Source of the DNA: Vicinamibacteria bacterium
GTDB lineage: Bacteria > Acidobacteriota > Vicinamibacteria > Marinacidobacterales > Marinacidobacteraceae
DNA length: 64,000 nt
Direction of reading: 5' to 3'
NCBI GenBank assembly: GCA_964291235.2
Contig: OZ219816.1
Span: forward strand, 832,001 to 896,000
Shown: positions 49,250 through 59,247 of the stretch, in pieces
Position numbering within the stretch: the stretch's first letter is position 1
How the letters are laid out: each line of letters starts with the position of its first letter
Program-made: the position numbers and the translations under genes
Notes under the pieces: generated by a model
Seen by the model: only the letters and a program-made list of their open reading frames with translations
The model's database searches: none
What the model was told of the DNA's origin: nothing

Positions 49250-50868
49250 GACGGATTTCCTTCGGGATTGTGCCGCGAGCCGCGCATCTCCGCGGAGTCT
49301 CCAGGAGAACGAACTTCCTCGACCGTGGCCCCGAGTTCGCCCTCTCCCAGCAGGACTCGTACGCGATCTCCCACCGTGACGTTCCGACTGGAGGCGAGTG
49401 CGCGCCCCTCCGAATCGAGGGTAAGGCTGTAACCGCGCCGGAGGACACTCCGCGGATCGCGGGCCTCGAGATCGCGCCCGATCGCCGCCGCGACAAAGGA
49501 GCGGTGGTCCAGGAGCCGCTGGAGCGCGGCCACCCGGCGGCCATTGCGGCCGGCCAGCGCCCCTCGCTCCGCCTCCACCAACCGCTGAAGGGCCTCGGGC
49601 GAAACCCTTGTCGCCGCCGCGGCGAGCCGCGCCTCGTGCGCCCGCAAGAGCGGCAAGCCGGCAAGGCGTTCGCGTAGCCGCGCCAACTGGGCCGACTGGC
49701 CGGCAAGCCGGCGGGCCGGAAGGTTCCGGTCGAGCCGCTCGCGGGCTTCGCGCAGGCGAGGCTCGCGGTCCCGGATTGCGCCGCGGACCGCCTCGCGGGC
49801 GCGCTCGAGATCCTGCTGCCGGCCCCGCCGTTCCCGTTCGAGCCATCCCGGTAGCGCGGTGGTGGCGCGGTGCGTGCGGAACGTCGCCGCGCGCGACGCG
49901 GCCGCGCTCAGTACTCGCCGCACCACGGACCGCGCCGCGCCCCGGCGGCCTTCGATCTCCTGGTCGAGCTCGTTTCGCTCGGGAAGGATGTCCCGCGCCG
50001 CCGCCGACGGCGTGCTGCAGCGGCGATCCGCCACCCGGTCGAGGAGCGGCCGATTCTGTTCGTGACCGATCGCGCTCACCAGCGGAACCGGGCAGGCCGC
50101 GGCGGCGCGAACCACCGTCTCGTCGCTGAAGGGAAGGAGATCCTCGACCGAGCCGCCCCCCCGCGCCACCACGATGACGTCGAGCGCTTCGCGGCCGAGA
50201 GCCCGGATCCCGGCCGCCAGCGCCGCCGGAGCCGCCGGCCCCTGGACGGGTGCGTGGTGCTCCCGGATCTGGACTCCGGGGAATCGGATCCGCGCCGTTT
50301 TCGTGAAATCAACCAGGGCGTCGCTGCCGGCCGCGGTCAGGAGCCCGATCCGAAGCGGCAGGAAAGGAAGTTGTCGCTTCCTCGCCGGTTCGAACAGCCC
50401 TTCGCGCTCGAGACGCGCCTCCCGCTCCTGGAGTTCCTGCAGCAGCGCTCCCATCCCGGCGGGCTCGAGGCGCTGGACCTGGAACTGATAGACGCTCTTG
50501 CCGTCGTAGATGCGCAGGCGTCCGAAGGCGCGGACCCGGTCTCCCGGCTCCGGAGTGAATGAAAACCCGCGGGCGTCGCCGGCCCAGGCCACCGCCTCGA
50601 GCACGACTCTTTCCTCGCGGAACGACAGATACAGGTGACCGCTCCGGGGGCGGCTCACCTGGGAGAGTTCCCCCTCCAGCCAGAGGCTCCGCGGAAAGCC
50701 GTCCTCCAGCACCTCGCGCACGCGGGCGCTGAGGTCCCGAACCGAAAACGGTGATTCGGCCGACCCCGGTTGGGCGGCGGGCGCGGTCTCGATCAGGGGC
50801 TCCGTGGCCGGGGCCGCAACCGGCCGGACCGGAGACGGGGGCCGTCCGAAAAGTGAGCGGCGGGTCAT
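49246..50868 (-). CDS. xseA: Exodeoxyribonuclease VII large subunit
   Basis: GELS, SGHLY, IVVARGGGSVEDL, SAIGHE, STPSAAA, VLRRGYS. Confidence 0.94.
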   Translation of the reverse strand: MTRRSLFGRPPSPVRPVAAPATEPLIETAPAAQPGSAESPFSVRDLSARVREVLEDGFPRSLWLEGELSQVSRPRSGHLYLSFREERVVLEAVAWAGDARGFSFTPEPGDRVRAFGRLRIYDGKSVYQFQVQRLEPAGMGALLQELQEREARLEREGLFEPARKRQLPFLPLRIGLLTAAGSDALVDFTKTARIRFPGVQIREHHAPVQGPAAPAALAAGIRALGREALDVIVVARGGGSVEDLLPFSDETVVRAAAACPVPLVSAIGHEQNRPLLDRVADRRCSTPSAAARDILPERNELDQEIEGRRGAARSVVRRVLSAAASRAATFRTHRATTALPGWLERERRGRQQDLERAREAVRGAIRDREPRLREARERLDRNLPARRLAGQSAQLARLRERLAGLPLLRAHEARLAAAATRVSPEALQRLVEAERGALAGRNGRRVAALQRLLDHRSFVAAAIGRDLEARDPRSVLRRGYSLTLDSEGRALASSRNVTVGDRVRVLLGEGELGATVEEVRSPGDSAEMRGSRHNPEGNPS

Positions 50869-50916
50869 CGTCCTCCGGATGCTATTCCGGGTGAGGAGCC
50901 GGCGCCGGGGCGGTTG

Positions 50917-51756
50917 CTAGTGGCGGCCCCGGCGGCGAGCGCGGCGCTCCGCCTCGGCCGCCTTCCGCTCGGCGCGCTGCTGCTTGCGGAGTTCCCGCGC
51001 AGCCTCCTTCTCACGCTCGCGCACCGCGTTCATGGTGCGGGAGAGCAGGCGGGTGATCGCCGATTGGGCCTGGCCGCTCGTGCCCTGCTTTTCCGTCATG
51101 TGCTCGACGACCAGCCACTTGCGGATACGCGAACGGCGCTTCTCCTCTTCCCGGCTGATGGTCTTCACCTCGTGCCGGAGGTGAAGGCGTTTGAGCGCGT
51201 GGGCAAGGCTGGCCACCGTCCCCTCGCGTTCCTGGGCGGTGATCAGGTCCAGGCGCTCCGTCGCGTCGTCGATGGTCGGTTCGAAGTCGGAACCGAGGAT
51301 TTCCTGGATCACTCCCGGCGAATCTCCGGCGTGGCGGATGCCCCGGCTCGAAAGCTGCCCGACGGGTATCAGGATGCGATTACCGGTCGAAGAATCCTGG
51401 GGGGTCAGTTCGAGGAGGTCAAGGTCGGTCTGGGCGTCGTGAATCACCTCGCCGACGTCGCAGTGACCGATCTGGGGATAGAAGACGAAGTCCCCCTGAT
51501 TGAAGACGCCGGGCACCGGCGCGGCAACGTCCAGAGCTTCGTCGGAAGGTTCCTCGTCGGAAGCTTCCTCGGGGGGCAACGCCTCACCGGCGGGTTCTTC
51601 GACGGGGAACTCCTCATCGGGAAGGTCCCCGCCCGCGGGCTCCTGCCCGGAGGGTTCTTCCGCGGCAGACGCTTCCCCGGTACGTTCGTCCTCCGACAGC
51701 TCGTCCTCGGTTTCGACCTCCATGAGATCGGCTACCCCTTCCTGCGCGGCCGTCAA
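50917..51756 (-). CDS. CarD-family transcriptional regulator with acidic N-terminal extension
   Basis: FNQGDFVFYPQIGHCDV...ILIPV...GIRH resembles the CarD RID domain. Acidic EEP repeats at the N-terminus and a basic C-terminal tail. Confidence 0.7.
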   Translation of the reverse strand: MTAAQEGVADLMEVETEDELSEDERTGEASAAEEPSGQEPAGGDLPDEEFPVEEPAGEALPPEEASDEEPSDEALDVAAPVPGVFNQGDFVFYPQIGHCDVGEVIHDAQTDLDLLELTPQDSSTGNRILIPVGQLSSRGIRHAGDSPGVIQEILGSDFEPTIDDATERLDLITAQEREGTVASLAHALKRLHLRHEVKTISREEEKRRSRIRKWLVVEHMTEKQGTSGQAQSAITRLLSRTMNAVREREKEAARELRKQQRAERKAAEAERRARRRGRH

Positions 51757-51889
51757 TTTCGTTCGGGAGTTCTAGGGGGAAGTGCCTGCTTCGGGTCCGA
51801 TACGGACCGAAGATACAGGGAACTCCCTACTGTACCACGCGTCATATCGGGCACGGCGGGCCGGTACCGGCCCGCCGGCCGGGAGCCGG

Positions 51890-52390
51890 TCACCCGCACG
51901 CCTTGAGCGCGGCGTCGTAGTCCGGTTCCTGCTTGATCTCCGGAACGAGCTCCGAATGCACGACCTTCCCGTTCCCGTCCACGACGACCACGGCCCGCGC
52001 CAGGAGGCCGGCGAGCGGGCCTTCGGCGATCCGGAGTCCGTAGGCGTTGCCGAACGAACTGTCGCGCAGTTCCGAAACGCAACGGACCGCCTCGATGTTC
52101 TCGGCGGCGCAAAAACGCCCGTGGGCGAACGGAAGATCGCGGGAAACGCAAAGAACGGACACACCGTCGAGCGCCCCGGCTTCCTCGTTGAAGCGCCGGA
52201 CCGAGGCCGCGCACACGGGAGTGTCCACGCTCGGGAAGACGTTCAGGATCAGTTGCTGCCCGGCGTAGTCACCGAGCGAAACGTCCCCGAGGTCACCGCC
52301 GGTCAGCGTGAAATCGGGAGCGGCGTCTCCCGCCGCGGGGACGTCGCCCGAGATGGCGAACGGAGTGCCGCCGAGCGTGACGGTAGCCAT
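51890..52390 (-). CDS. tpx: Thiol peroxidase (atypical 2-Cys peroxiredoxin)
   Basis: FPSVDTPVC, SRDLPFA, RFC, GLLARAV, EPDY. Confidence 0.95.
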   Translation of the reverse strand: MATVTLGGTPFAISGDVPAAGDAAPDFTLTGGDLGDVSLGDYAGQQLILNVFPSVDTPVCAASVRRFNEEAGALDGVSVLCVSRDLPFAHGRFCAAENIEAVRCVSELRDSSFGNAYGLRIAEGPLAGLLARAVVVVDGNGKVVHSELVPEIKQEPDYDAALKACG

Positions 52391-52525
52391 GGATTCTCTC
52401 CTCCTTGGGAATTGATAAGCCCCCGGAATCCATGGGACGGGATCCCTGGACACCGGGGGCAATCCGGGAACTGGAGGAAACGGAACGGGCCGCTTCCGAG
52501 CGGGTAGGATAGCCTGAAGGTCCTG

Positions 52526-52864
52526 TTGGAGTCCGTGAAAACGCTTACGAGGGAGAATGCCGAACTACGCTGCCAGGCCGCAGCAACTCAAGAGTCTGCC
52601 GACGATCTCACTAGCGACTACGTTGAAGACGCAATATACGAGTCAAGGAGGGAACCTCGACCCTCCACAGTCCGGCGACAGAATCAAGATATACGCAATT
52701 TCCACAACTTCCTAGCAGAGCGGAACCTACAACCGTCGCCCAAGAGCGCCGCCGAATTTTTCAAGCACCCAAAGAGAGAGAAGAAACGTCCGTTCGCCTC
52801 AATTGAAGTCGCCCGCGCCGCAGTCAACAAGAAACACCCGGAAATACGAAGAACCCGGGCATAA
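52526..52864 (+). pseudogene. Possible N-terminal (SAM-like/core-binding) fragment of a tyrosine recombinase
   Basis: STVRRQNQDIRNFHNFL...AAEFF...ASIEVARAAVNKKH resembles integrase N-terminal helices. No catalytic domain follows. AT-richer than its flanks. Confidence 0.35.
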
Positions 52865-53234
52865 GACAGGTCTTCGCTGCATGGCGTAAGGAAAGCCACG
52901 GCCAATACAGAAAAGCGGCGCCAGCGATCACCCTTGAACACTTCCGTAGCCTTTGGGAGGCCGTAGGTCACAGGAGCAGTTTCTCCACCCGGGAGACGGA
53001 AGGTTGGGAGTCCGATCTATCCGCTCAACTCCTTGCCAAGCAGTGGTAGGCCCAACTCGCCATGTTGCACGGGTGCGGTAACCGTTTTTCTGATGCGAAG
53101 GTAAACCACCGGGTCAGCGGATTGGCGGGAACCGACCGGGAGACTGGAATCCTGGGCGCCTGCGGCGCCTGCGAGCAGCGCGCCGGCAACGAGGATCCGT
53201 GGGGTCAACCTAAGGGGGTTCGAATCCCAACTCG

Positions 53235-53771
53235 CTATCGGCGTTCCGGATAGTCCGGCCAGGGACACGGTTCCTCCGGGAAGCAAGCCTGGATGTTGTA
53301 GTCGAGGAGGTGAGCCACGTTGCCGAATTCGGGCGGGGGACCCGGGTAGCGGACCGGGTAGCCACAGGCGGTGTCCAACCAGCCGTCTCTGCAGAACCAG
53401 AAGGGACTCCCCTGCAAGATCCGTTCATGCCGATTATTGCCGACGAACTTTGACGGGGCACGGATGCGGTTCTCTCCACGCTCTCCAAGCTCGTAGATGT
53501 TGACTGCCACCTTGAACCGGAGGGGCTGGTCATCGCAGCGGTTCCGCGTGGAGACGTTGTATACGAGCCAGCCGTTGTACGAAGCCACATACCAGTAGTC
53601 GACGCCGTGGAGACAGTCGTCGGGGATACTGTCGAGTGGCCTCGGGAACGGAGGCGGTGGCCCGCCACCCGTCATTGGTGGCGGTGTTCCGTCGTCCGGA
53701 GTGACTGACGAGTTGTTCCCGCAGCCCGCAAGGAAGGCAAGCGCCAGGACGGCAGTAGGAGTCAGGGTCAT
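53235..53771 (-). CDS. Hypothetical Cys-containing lipoprotein
   Basis: Lipobox LAGC, Pro-rich linker, then a domain with 6 further Cys. Confidence 0.6.
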   Translation of the reverse strand: MTLTPTAVLALAFLAGCGNNSSVTPDDGTPPPMTGGGPPPPFPRPLDSIPDDCLHGVDYWYVASYNGWLVYNVSTRNRCDDQPLRFKVAVNIYELGERGENRIRAPSKFVGNNRHERILQGSPFWFCRDGWLDTACGYPVRYPGPPPEFGNVAHLLDYNIQACFPEEPCPWPDYPERR

Positions 53772-54091
53772 AGCGCGAGCGCGCCCACGCCCGAGGCGAC
53801 GGAACCGCAAGCAGGAAGTCATTGTGTATGAGCCAAGCATTGGGGTGTCCGCCCCTCCTGTTGTGGGGTGGCGGGCTGCCGCCCCAATCCCAAGCGAGTG
53901 GCTAACGTCACAGTCCTTGGGTGCACAAATGATACGTCCCGCGACTATAGGCCTGAGGTCAATTGGGAAGACCCCTCCCCCTCCGCCCCCGCGGCGGGCG
54001 TTGCCGCTGGCACCGCGCTGCCGTTCGCGGCCGTCAACAACCCCCGGCATTGACCGTGCTCGGCGACAACGCCGCACAAACGAGAGACCAA

Positions 54092-54379
54092 ATGCGGATC
54101 GCAGCCATCATTCTGCTCCTTCCTTTCCTCGTGGCGGCCTCTCCGGTGGCGGCCGACATGCGGGGCCAGGTGGTGTGCGGGGTTCCGCCCGACGAAGCCG
54201 TGGCCTACGTCCGCGAGTCGCGGGGATCCTGGGCATACCTCGGCACCCTCGGCCGTATGTGGCGCAACAACTACCCGACTGCCGAGGAGGCACTGGAGGC
54301 ACACGCTCCGGCGAACGCCACCGACGTGTGCGACGTGGAGATAATGGACAACCTGCGAAGGCGCCCGGTAAGGCTCTAA
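54092..54379 (+). CDS. Small exported hypothetical protein
   Basis: Signal peptide MRIAAIILLLPFLVAASPVAA; two Cys in the mature part. Confidence 0.55.
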   Translation: MRIAAIILLLPFLVAASPVAADMRGQVVCGVPPDEAVAYVRESRGSWAYLGTLGRMWRNNYPTAEEALEAHAPANATDVCDVEIMDNLRRRPVRL

Positions 54380-54624
54380 CGCCTCCACCGGCCCTTGGTG
54401 GTGCAACGTGCGGATTCCGTCACGGGCAATGTCCCCAGGGGCGACCACGACGCCCGGCAGAACATCGTCGGGATGCCCGCGGACGGTGCGGAGGACGCGG
54501 GCAGGACAGCAGGCGGTACGGAACCTGGTCAGCCGTCCGTATCCGTGTGCAGCCGGCGTCCGCCGATCTGCGCGGCGGTTCCGAAGGATCGACCGCGGCC
54601 GACCTAGTCCCGCCGAGCGGGCCG

Positions 54625-54987
54625 GCGGGGGAGTTCGTCTGGATCCCGCCGGGGGAGTTCCGGATGGGTTCGACGACTTACGCGAGTAATGACTACTTTG
54701 CGGAGTTGCCGGTGACGCACGTTTGGCTCACTGAGGGGTTCTGGCTGGGGAAGTATGGGCTTCACGATGGGAACGTGACCGAGTGGGCGAGCGACTATCA
54801 CGCGGGGTACCCGGGAGGGACCGTGACGGATCCTCGCGGCGAGGATCCGGGCACGGAGGGATGGGGAATCGTGCGGGGCGGGAATCGGGTAGGCCGCACT
54901 TGGAACATCAGAGCACCAGCGCGCGCGGCTGTGCCGATCCGCACTGGCGGAAACGCGATTGGCTTCCGCCTAGCGAGGACACGATGA
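54625..54987 (+). pseudogene. Internally deleted FGE-sulfatase (C-type-lectin fold) domain
   Basis: EFVWIPPGEFRMGS...FWLGKY joined directly to GLHDGNVTEW...VRGG...IGFRLAR; the usual central part is missing. Start is unclear. Confidence 0.6.
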
Positions 54988-55717
54988 CGCCGGTGTTTGC
55001 AACGGCCCGGCCCGTGGAGGGCCGGCGCCGGGGAGTCCCCATGTCGCGCGCACTGGACGACTCCGCTGTGACCCTGGGCGCGGAGTCCGCAACCTGGGTC
55101 GATATCGACTACCTGGGCTGCATCTTTCCGGAGGGCGGATAGATCCCTCCCGCCTGACCGCGCGGCACCACGGAGAGAGCGAGCATCCGCCCGAGTCGCG
55201 GCGTAGCGCGTCCACCAATTCTGGATCCCTGGTCAGCGGGAGAAGATCCCTCCGGTGATGCTCGATTCAATAATGGCAGTCCTAGATCACGGAGGCGCCG
55301 GACGTCGATCAGTTCTCGCTCGGTGAGGGGGGAGGCCCGATCTACCCCGGGTGCGTCGAACGGAGAAGCACCATGAGTGCACCAACCTTCAGTGCGCGTA
55401 GGTCCAGCTGAGATCCAGACGCTAGGGACCTCCTCCCAGAGCCGACGGACAGGGTGAACTCCAGGGCCCTCGCACGGTGTGATCCGACTCCCTTGCCGGG
55501 ATCGGTACCCGCATTTCGATCACCACCGGTCCCGACGCCGCTGCCGCCCATTTCTCTCTGTCGGTTCCGCTCTTCCCGATCATCCACCCGGTGATAGGCT
55601 CGGGAAATGCGGTTTCCCGACCGCCCTGCTACATGGTTGCGCCTACGCAATTCCCACCCCAAATGCCTAGTTTGACGTAGCTTGGATAGCAACCCGTTTG
55701 CCTGGAGCGTCCGTCCC

Positions 55718-56659
55718 ATGAAGATCCGCATTCTCTCGACTCCTGCCCGCCGTTTGGCCCCCTTGGGCCTCGCGGTGGCGCTTGCCGCGTGCTCCTCCCC
55801 ACCCGCCGACGACGAGACGCCGGCGGAGGAGGAGCCCGCCGCGCCCGCGGCCCCTGCCGGGCCGTCGTGGAACCGGGTCGCGTCGCTGCTTGCCGATGGA
55901 CAGGTCGTTTTCGGCATTTTTTCGGGAGAAAGGACTCCGGAGACGGCGATGGAGATGGCCCAAATGGAACTGGCCGACTTCATCTTCTACTCCCTCGAGC
56001 AGGGTCCCTTCGATCTGGACACCATGTCGGCCTACCAGGAGGCCCTGTCACCGCCTGATGGCCGCGGGGCAGCCAATCCCCATCCCATCCTCCTCCGCAT
56101 TCCTCCGATACGGGACGGAATGGACGAGGCGGCGGAGCGGACGGCGGCCGCACTCGATGCCGGCGTCTACGGGATCGTCTTTCCGCACGTCGAGAGCGCT
56201 GAGGAATCGCGGCACGCGGTGGCCTCGATGCGCCCGGTGGGTTCAGGCGGGCTTCGCGGGGGTGCCGATCCGGAAGCGGCGCGCGTGTTTGGTGTGTCGG
56301 AGGAAGACTACGCGGCCCGGGCCGACGTGTGGCCGCTGGATCCGGCGGGCGAGTTGGTCAGCTTCTTGTTGATCGAGGACAAGATCGGAATCGAGAACGC
56401 ACTTGAAATCACGAGCGCGCCCGGAATCAGCATCGTTTCCCCCGGTCCCGGCGACCTGCGGCGGGCCTACGAGGGCGACATGGAGGCGGTCGAAAGGGCG
56501 ATCCAGACCGTGCTGGCCGCCTGCCTGGAGGCCGAGGTCCCCTGCGGCATTACCGCGGGTCCGGATGACATTGCCATGCGGATCGAGCAGGGATTCCGCG
56601 TTTTCATCGTGACCTCGCCGGAGGCGCTCGCCGTCGGCCATCAGGCCGCCGGCCGCTGA
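55718..56659 (+). CDS. HpcH/HpaI aldolase/citrate-lyase family protein with lipoprotein signal
   Basis: Lipobox LAAC; SLEQGP, ALDAGVYGIVFPHVESAEE, LIED, GPGDL. Confidence 0.8.
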   Translation: MKIRILSTPARRLAPLGLAVALAACSSPPADDETPAEEEPAAPAAPAGPSWNRVASLLADGQVVFGIFSGERTPETAMEMAQMELADFIFYSLEQGPFDLDTMSAYQEALSPPDGRGAANPHPILLRIPPIRDGMDEAAERTAAALDAGVYGIVFPHVESAEESRHAVASMRPVGSGGLRGGADPEAARVFGVSEEDYAARADVWPLDPAGELVSFLLIEDKIGIENALEITSAPGISIVSPGPGDLRRAYEGDMEAVERAIQTVLAACLEAEVPCGITAGPDDIAMRIEQGFRVFIVTSPEALAVGHQAAGR

Positions 56660-56691
56660 TTCGCGGCAACGACGAACCGAAGGGAAAGCTC

Positions 56692-58035
56692 ATGTCCGAC
56701 AACAGCAAAACAGCGCTCCTCGAGCGGGATGCCGAGCACCTGATCCATCCGATCCACTCGGGCGCCGCGGTTGCCGGCGGCCATGTCTGGGTGCGTGGCG
56801 AGGGGGCTCGGCTCTTCGATGCCGACGGCCGCGACTACGTGGACGCTCTCTCGGGCCTCTGGAACGTCTTCATCGGGCACGGCCGCGGTGAACTCGCCGA
56901 CGCCGCAGCCCGGCAAATGAACCAACTCGGGTACGCCTCCGGGTACGCCGGGAGCACCAACCCCCAGGCCATCGCGTTGGCGGAAACCCTGGCCGAGATG
57001 GCCTATCCGAGCATCAACCGGTTCTTCCTGACCTCCGGCGGCGGCGAGTCCACCGATTCCAGCATCAAGACCGCCCGTTACTACTGGAAGGTGCGTGGCA
57101 AGCCGGACAAGACCAAGGTGATCTCCCGTATCTGGGGCTACCACGGGGTGACGCTGGCGGCGATGTGCGCCACCGGAATGAGCGTTTACTGGCCCATGTT
57201 CGAACCCCGGATGCCGGGTTTTCGTCACATCGGCTCTCCCTATCCGTACTTCTACGATCCCCCGCCGGGGAAGACCCGCGGGCAGGCCGCCGCCGACGAG
57301 CTGGAAACGGCCATCCTTGAAGAGGGCCCGGATACGGTGGCGATGTTCATCGCCGAACCGGTCCAGGGCGCGGGCGGGGTGATCGTTCCCACCGACGACT
57401 ACTTTCCCCGGATCCGCGAGATCTGCGACCGCTACGACGTGCTGCTGGTCTCCGACGAGGTCATCACCGGATTCGGCCGGACGGGGACGATGTTCGGCCT
57501 CGACCACTGGGGGATCGAGCCCGACATCATGCAGTTCGCGAAGGCGATCACCTCGGGACACATCCCTCTCGGAGGCATCGGTCTTTCGGATCGGGTCGCG
57601 GAGACCCTCGACGGAGGCGATCCGGTCTGGATGCACGCCTACACCTACAGCGCCCATCCGGTCTCCTGCGCCGTCGCGCTCGAGAACCTCCGCATCATCC
57701 GGGAAGAGGGACTCGTCGAGATGGCGGGAGAGAAGGGGACGGAGCTCATCCGCAACCTGGAGCAAGCGGTCGGCGGCCACCCCAACGTGGGTGAGGTCCG
57801 CGGCCTGGGACTGATGGCGGCCGTCGAGGTGGTGGCGGACCGGGGGACGCGCGAGCTCTTTATGGCCTCTGACAAGGTCGGGCCGCGCTTGCTCAAGGCG
57901 ATCGACGAACGCGGGGTCTTCAGCCGGCTCCGCGGGGACGTCTTCGTCTGCGCTCCGCCGGTCTGCTCGACATCCGCGGATCTCGAGCAGATCGCGGACG
58001 CCGTCGCCGGCGCTCTCGCGGAGGTGCTGGGTTAG
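56692..58035 (+). CDS. Class III aminotransferase (omega-amino acid/putrescine:pyruvate type)
   Basis: DALSGLW, GYHGVT, AEPVQGAGG, DEVITGFGRTG, FAKAITSG, HAYTYSAHP. Confidence 0.92.
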   Translation: MSDNSKTALLERDAEHLIHPIHSGAAVAGGHVWVRGEGARLFDADGRDYVDALSGLWNVFIGHGRGELADAAARQMNQLGYASGYAGSTNPQAIALAETLAEMAYPSINRFFLTSGGGESTDSSIKTARYYWKVRGKPDKTKVISRIWGYHGVTLAAMCATGMSVYWPMFEPRMPGFRHIGSPYPYFYDPPPGKTRGQAAADELETAILEEGPDTVAMFIAEPVQGAGGVIVPTDDYFPRIREICDRYDVLLVSDEVITGFGRTGTMFGLDHWGIEPDIMQFAKAITSGHIPLGGIGLSDRVAETLDGGDPVWMHAYTYSAHPVSCAVALENLRIIREEGLVEMAGEKGTELIRNLEQAVGGHPNVGEVRGLGLMAAVEVVADRGTRELFMASDKVGPRLLKAIDERGVFSRLRGDVFVCAPPVCSTSADLEQIADAVAGALAEVLG

Positions 58036-58179
58036 CCCGGCACGCCGGCACGGCGGGCCGTAGGCCCGTGGGCGACGAATCGGTCTCTAGCCCCGCAGCA
58101 CGCAGGCCTTCCCGGGCCTATGCGACCCCAACGACGGCTCGGGTCCCCGCCGAGAGGGGAACCACCCTGACGCTTGGGG

Positions 58180-58313
58180 GGCTGTCCCGCCGCCCCGCTT
58201 TGCGGGGCTGTGCCGGCCTGGAGGCCGGCGTTCCATTGCGGTCGCCCGCCGTCGGTGCTTGGGGGTCCGTCCCGCCGCCCGCCTACGGCGGCTGTGCCGG
58301 CCTGGAGGCCAGC
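58180..58313. repeat. Two REP-like palindrome units (same family as the 38.6-39.3 kb cluster)
   Basis: GCTGT-GCCGGCCTGGAGGCC(G/A)GC at 58212-58229 and 58296-58313, each preceded by GTCCCGCCGCCC. Confidence 0.8.
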
Positions 58314-58400
58314 GCCCTTGCGGTGGAAGTCGGCATCCAGCGACAGCGTTTCGCCGATTCTGCGACCGGGGTTTACCCGCGGCAGGCGTCGGCTCTTCCC

Positions 58401-58928
58401 TCAGTTGCCCTCTCCCCGCCTTTGTGCCGTCCGTTCCAACAGGTCGTGGAGCCGCGGCAGCGCCCGGCGGTCCTTCTCGCGATCCGCAGCGCTCTTCGAG
58501 CGGATCACGTCTGCGAGCGAGGCCACCAGAATGACGACGCCCTCCACCGCCTCCACCGCCACCGCGTCCCGCTTGAGGTCCCCGTACCCGGCAGTGCCGG
58601 CCGGTGCAAAAGCGATGTCCAGCGCCCCCGCGCGGGTGGTCAGGTTCAGGATGGACCCGGGTCCGAGGTTTTGCAGAAACTCCGGGGAGCGATCGAAGGC
58701 CAGCCCGTTCGGCGCTCCCTCGGCGCGGATCCGCGCGTCGAGGTTGTGCAGCACCGCCGCCAGCCGCCGGAGGTTCTCCCGGTCACGGGCAGGCGTGATG
58801 TCGAGGTCCACGGTGACGCCCACATCGCCGTGCAGCACCGCTGCCATCCCTCCGATCAGTACGAATCGGACGCTGGCGCCATGCAGGGCGGACAGAATGG
58901 CGGCCGGATCGAAGGCCGGCTCAGCCAT
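58401..58928 (-). CDS. Pol-beta-superfamily nucleotidyltransferase (putative toxin-antitoxin component)
   Basis: FVLIGGMAAVLHG...TVDLDI, GALDI, LADVIRSK...REKDR. Confidence 0.75.
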   Translation of the reverse strand: MAEPAFDPAAILSALHGASVRFVLIGGMAAVLHGDVGVTVDLDITPARDRENLRRLAAVLHNLDARIRAEGAPNGLAFDRSPEFLQNLGPGSILNLTTRAGALDIAFAPAGTAGYGDLKRDAVAVEAVEGVVILVASLADVIRSKSAADREKDRRALPRLHDLLERTAQRRGEGN

Positions 58929-59247
58929 CGTGCCGATTGCCGATCCGGGATCGTCCGCCGAGGACGAAGCGGGCGGCGCGGACGGCTCCCGCGAGGCGTT
59001 CGGCGGGGGTCTGCCGAAGCGTCGCCTCGAAGAGCGAGCGGGTTCCGGGATCCGGCTGGCCGAGCTGGCAGCGGATCTCGAAACCGGCGATGCGGACCAG
59101 CCTCTCGACCAGCTTTGTCGAAGGAACACGGGATCCGGATTCGAGGCGCGCGATCGTGGATTGCGGCACCCCGGCGCGAAGGGCGAGCGCCACCTGAGTC
59201 AACCCCGCTCGCCGGCGCGCTTCGCGCACGAGATTGCTGAGGATCAC
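58921..59247 (-). CDS. XRE-family helix-turn-helix regulator
   Basis: REARRRAGLTQVALALRAGVPQSTIARLESG; overlaps the downstream NTase gene. Confidence 0.85.
   Translation of the reverse strand: MILSNLVREARRRAGLTQVALALRAGVPQSTIARLESGSRVPSTKLVERLVRIAGFEIRCQLGQPDPGTRSLFEATLRQTPAERLAGAVRAARFVLGGRSRIGNRHDG

Noticed and set aside
53214-53230. GGGTTCGAATCCC resembling a tRNA T-arm or att remnant
   Set aside because: Only a 3-bp stem, with no acceptor, D or anticodon arms, no CCA, and no second copy in the window.
54625-54987. Complete diversity-generating retroelement
   Set aside because: No reverse transcriptase, Avd or template repeat was seen in the window; kept only as a weak finding.
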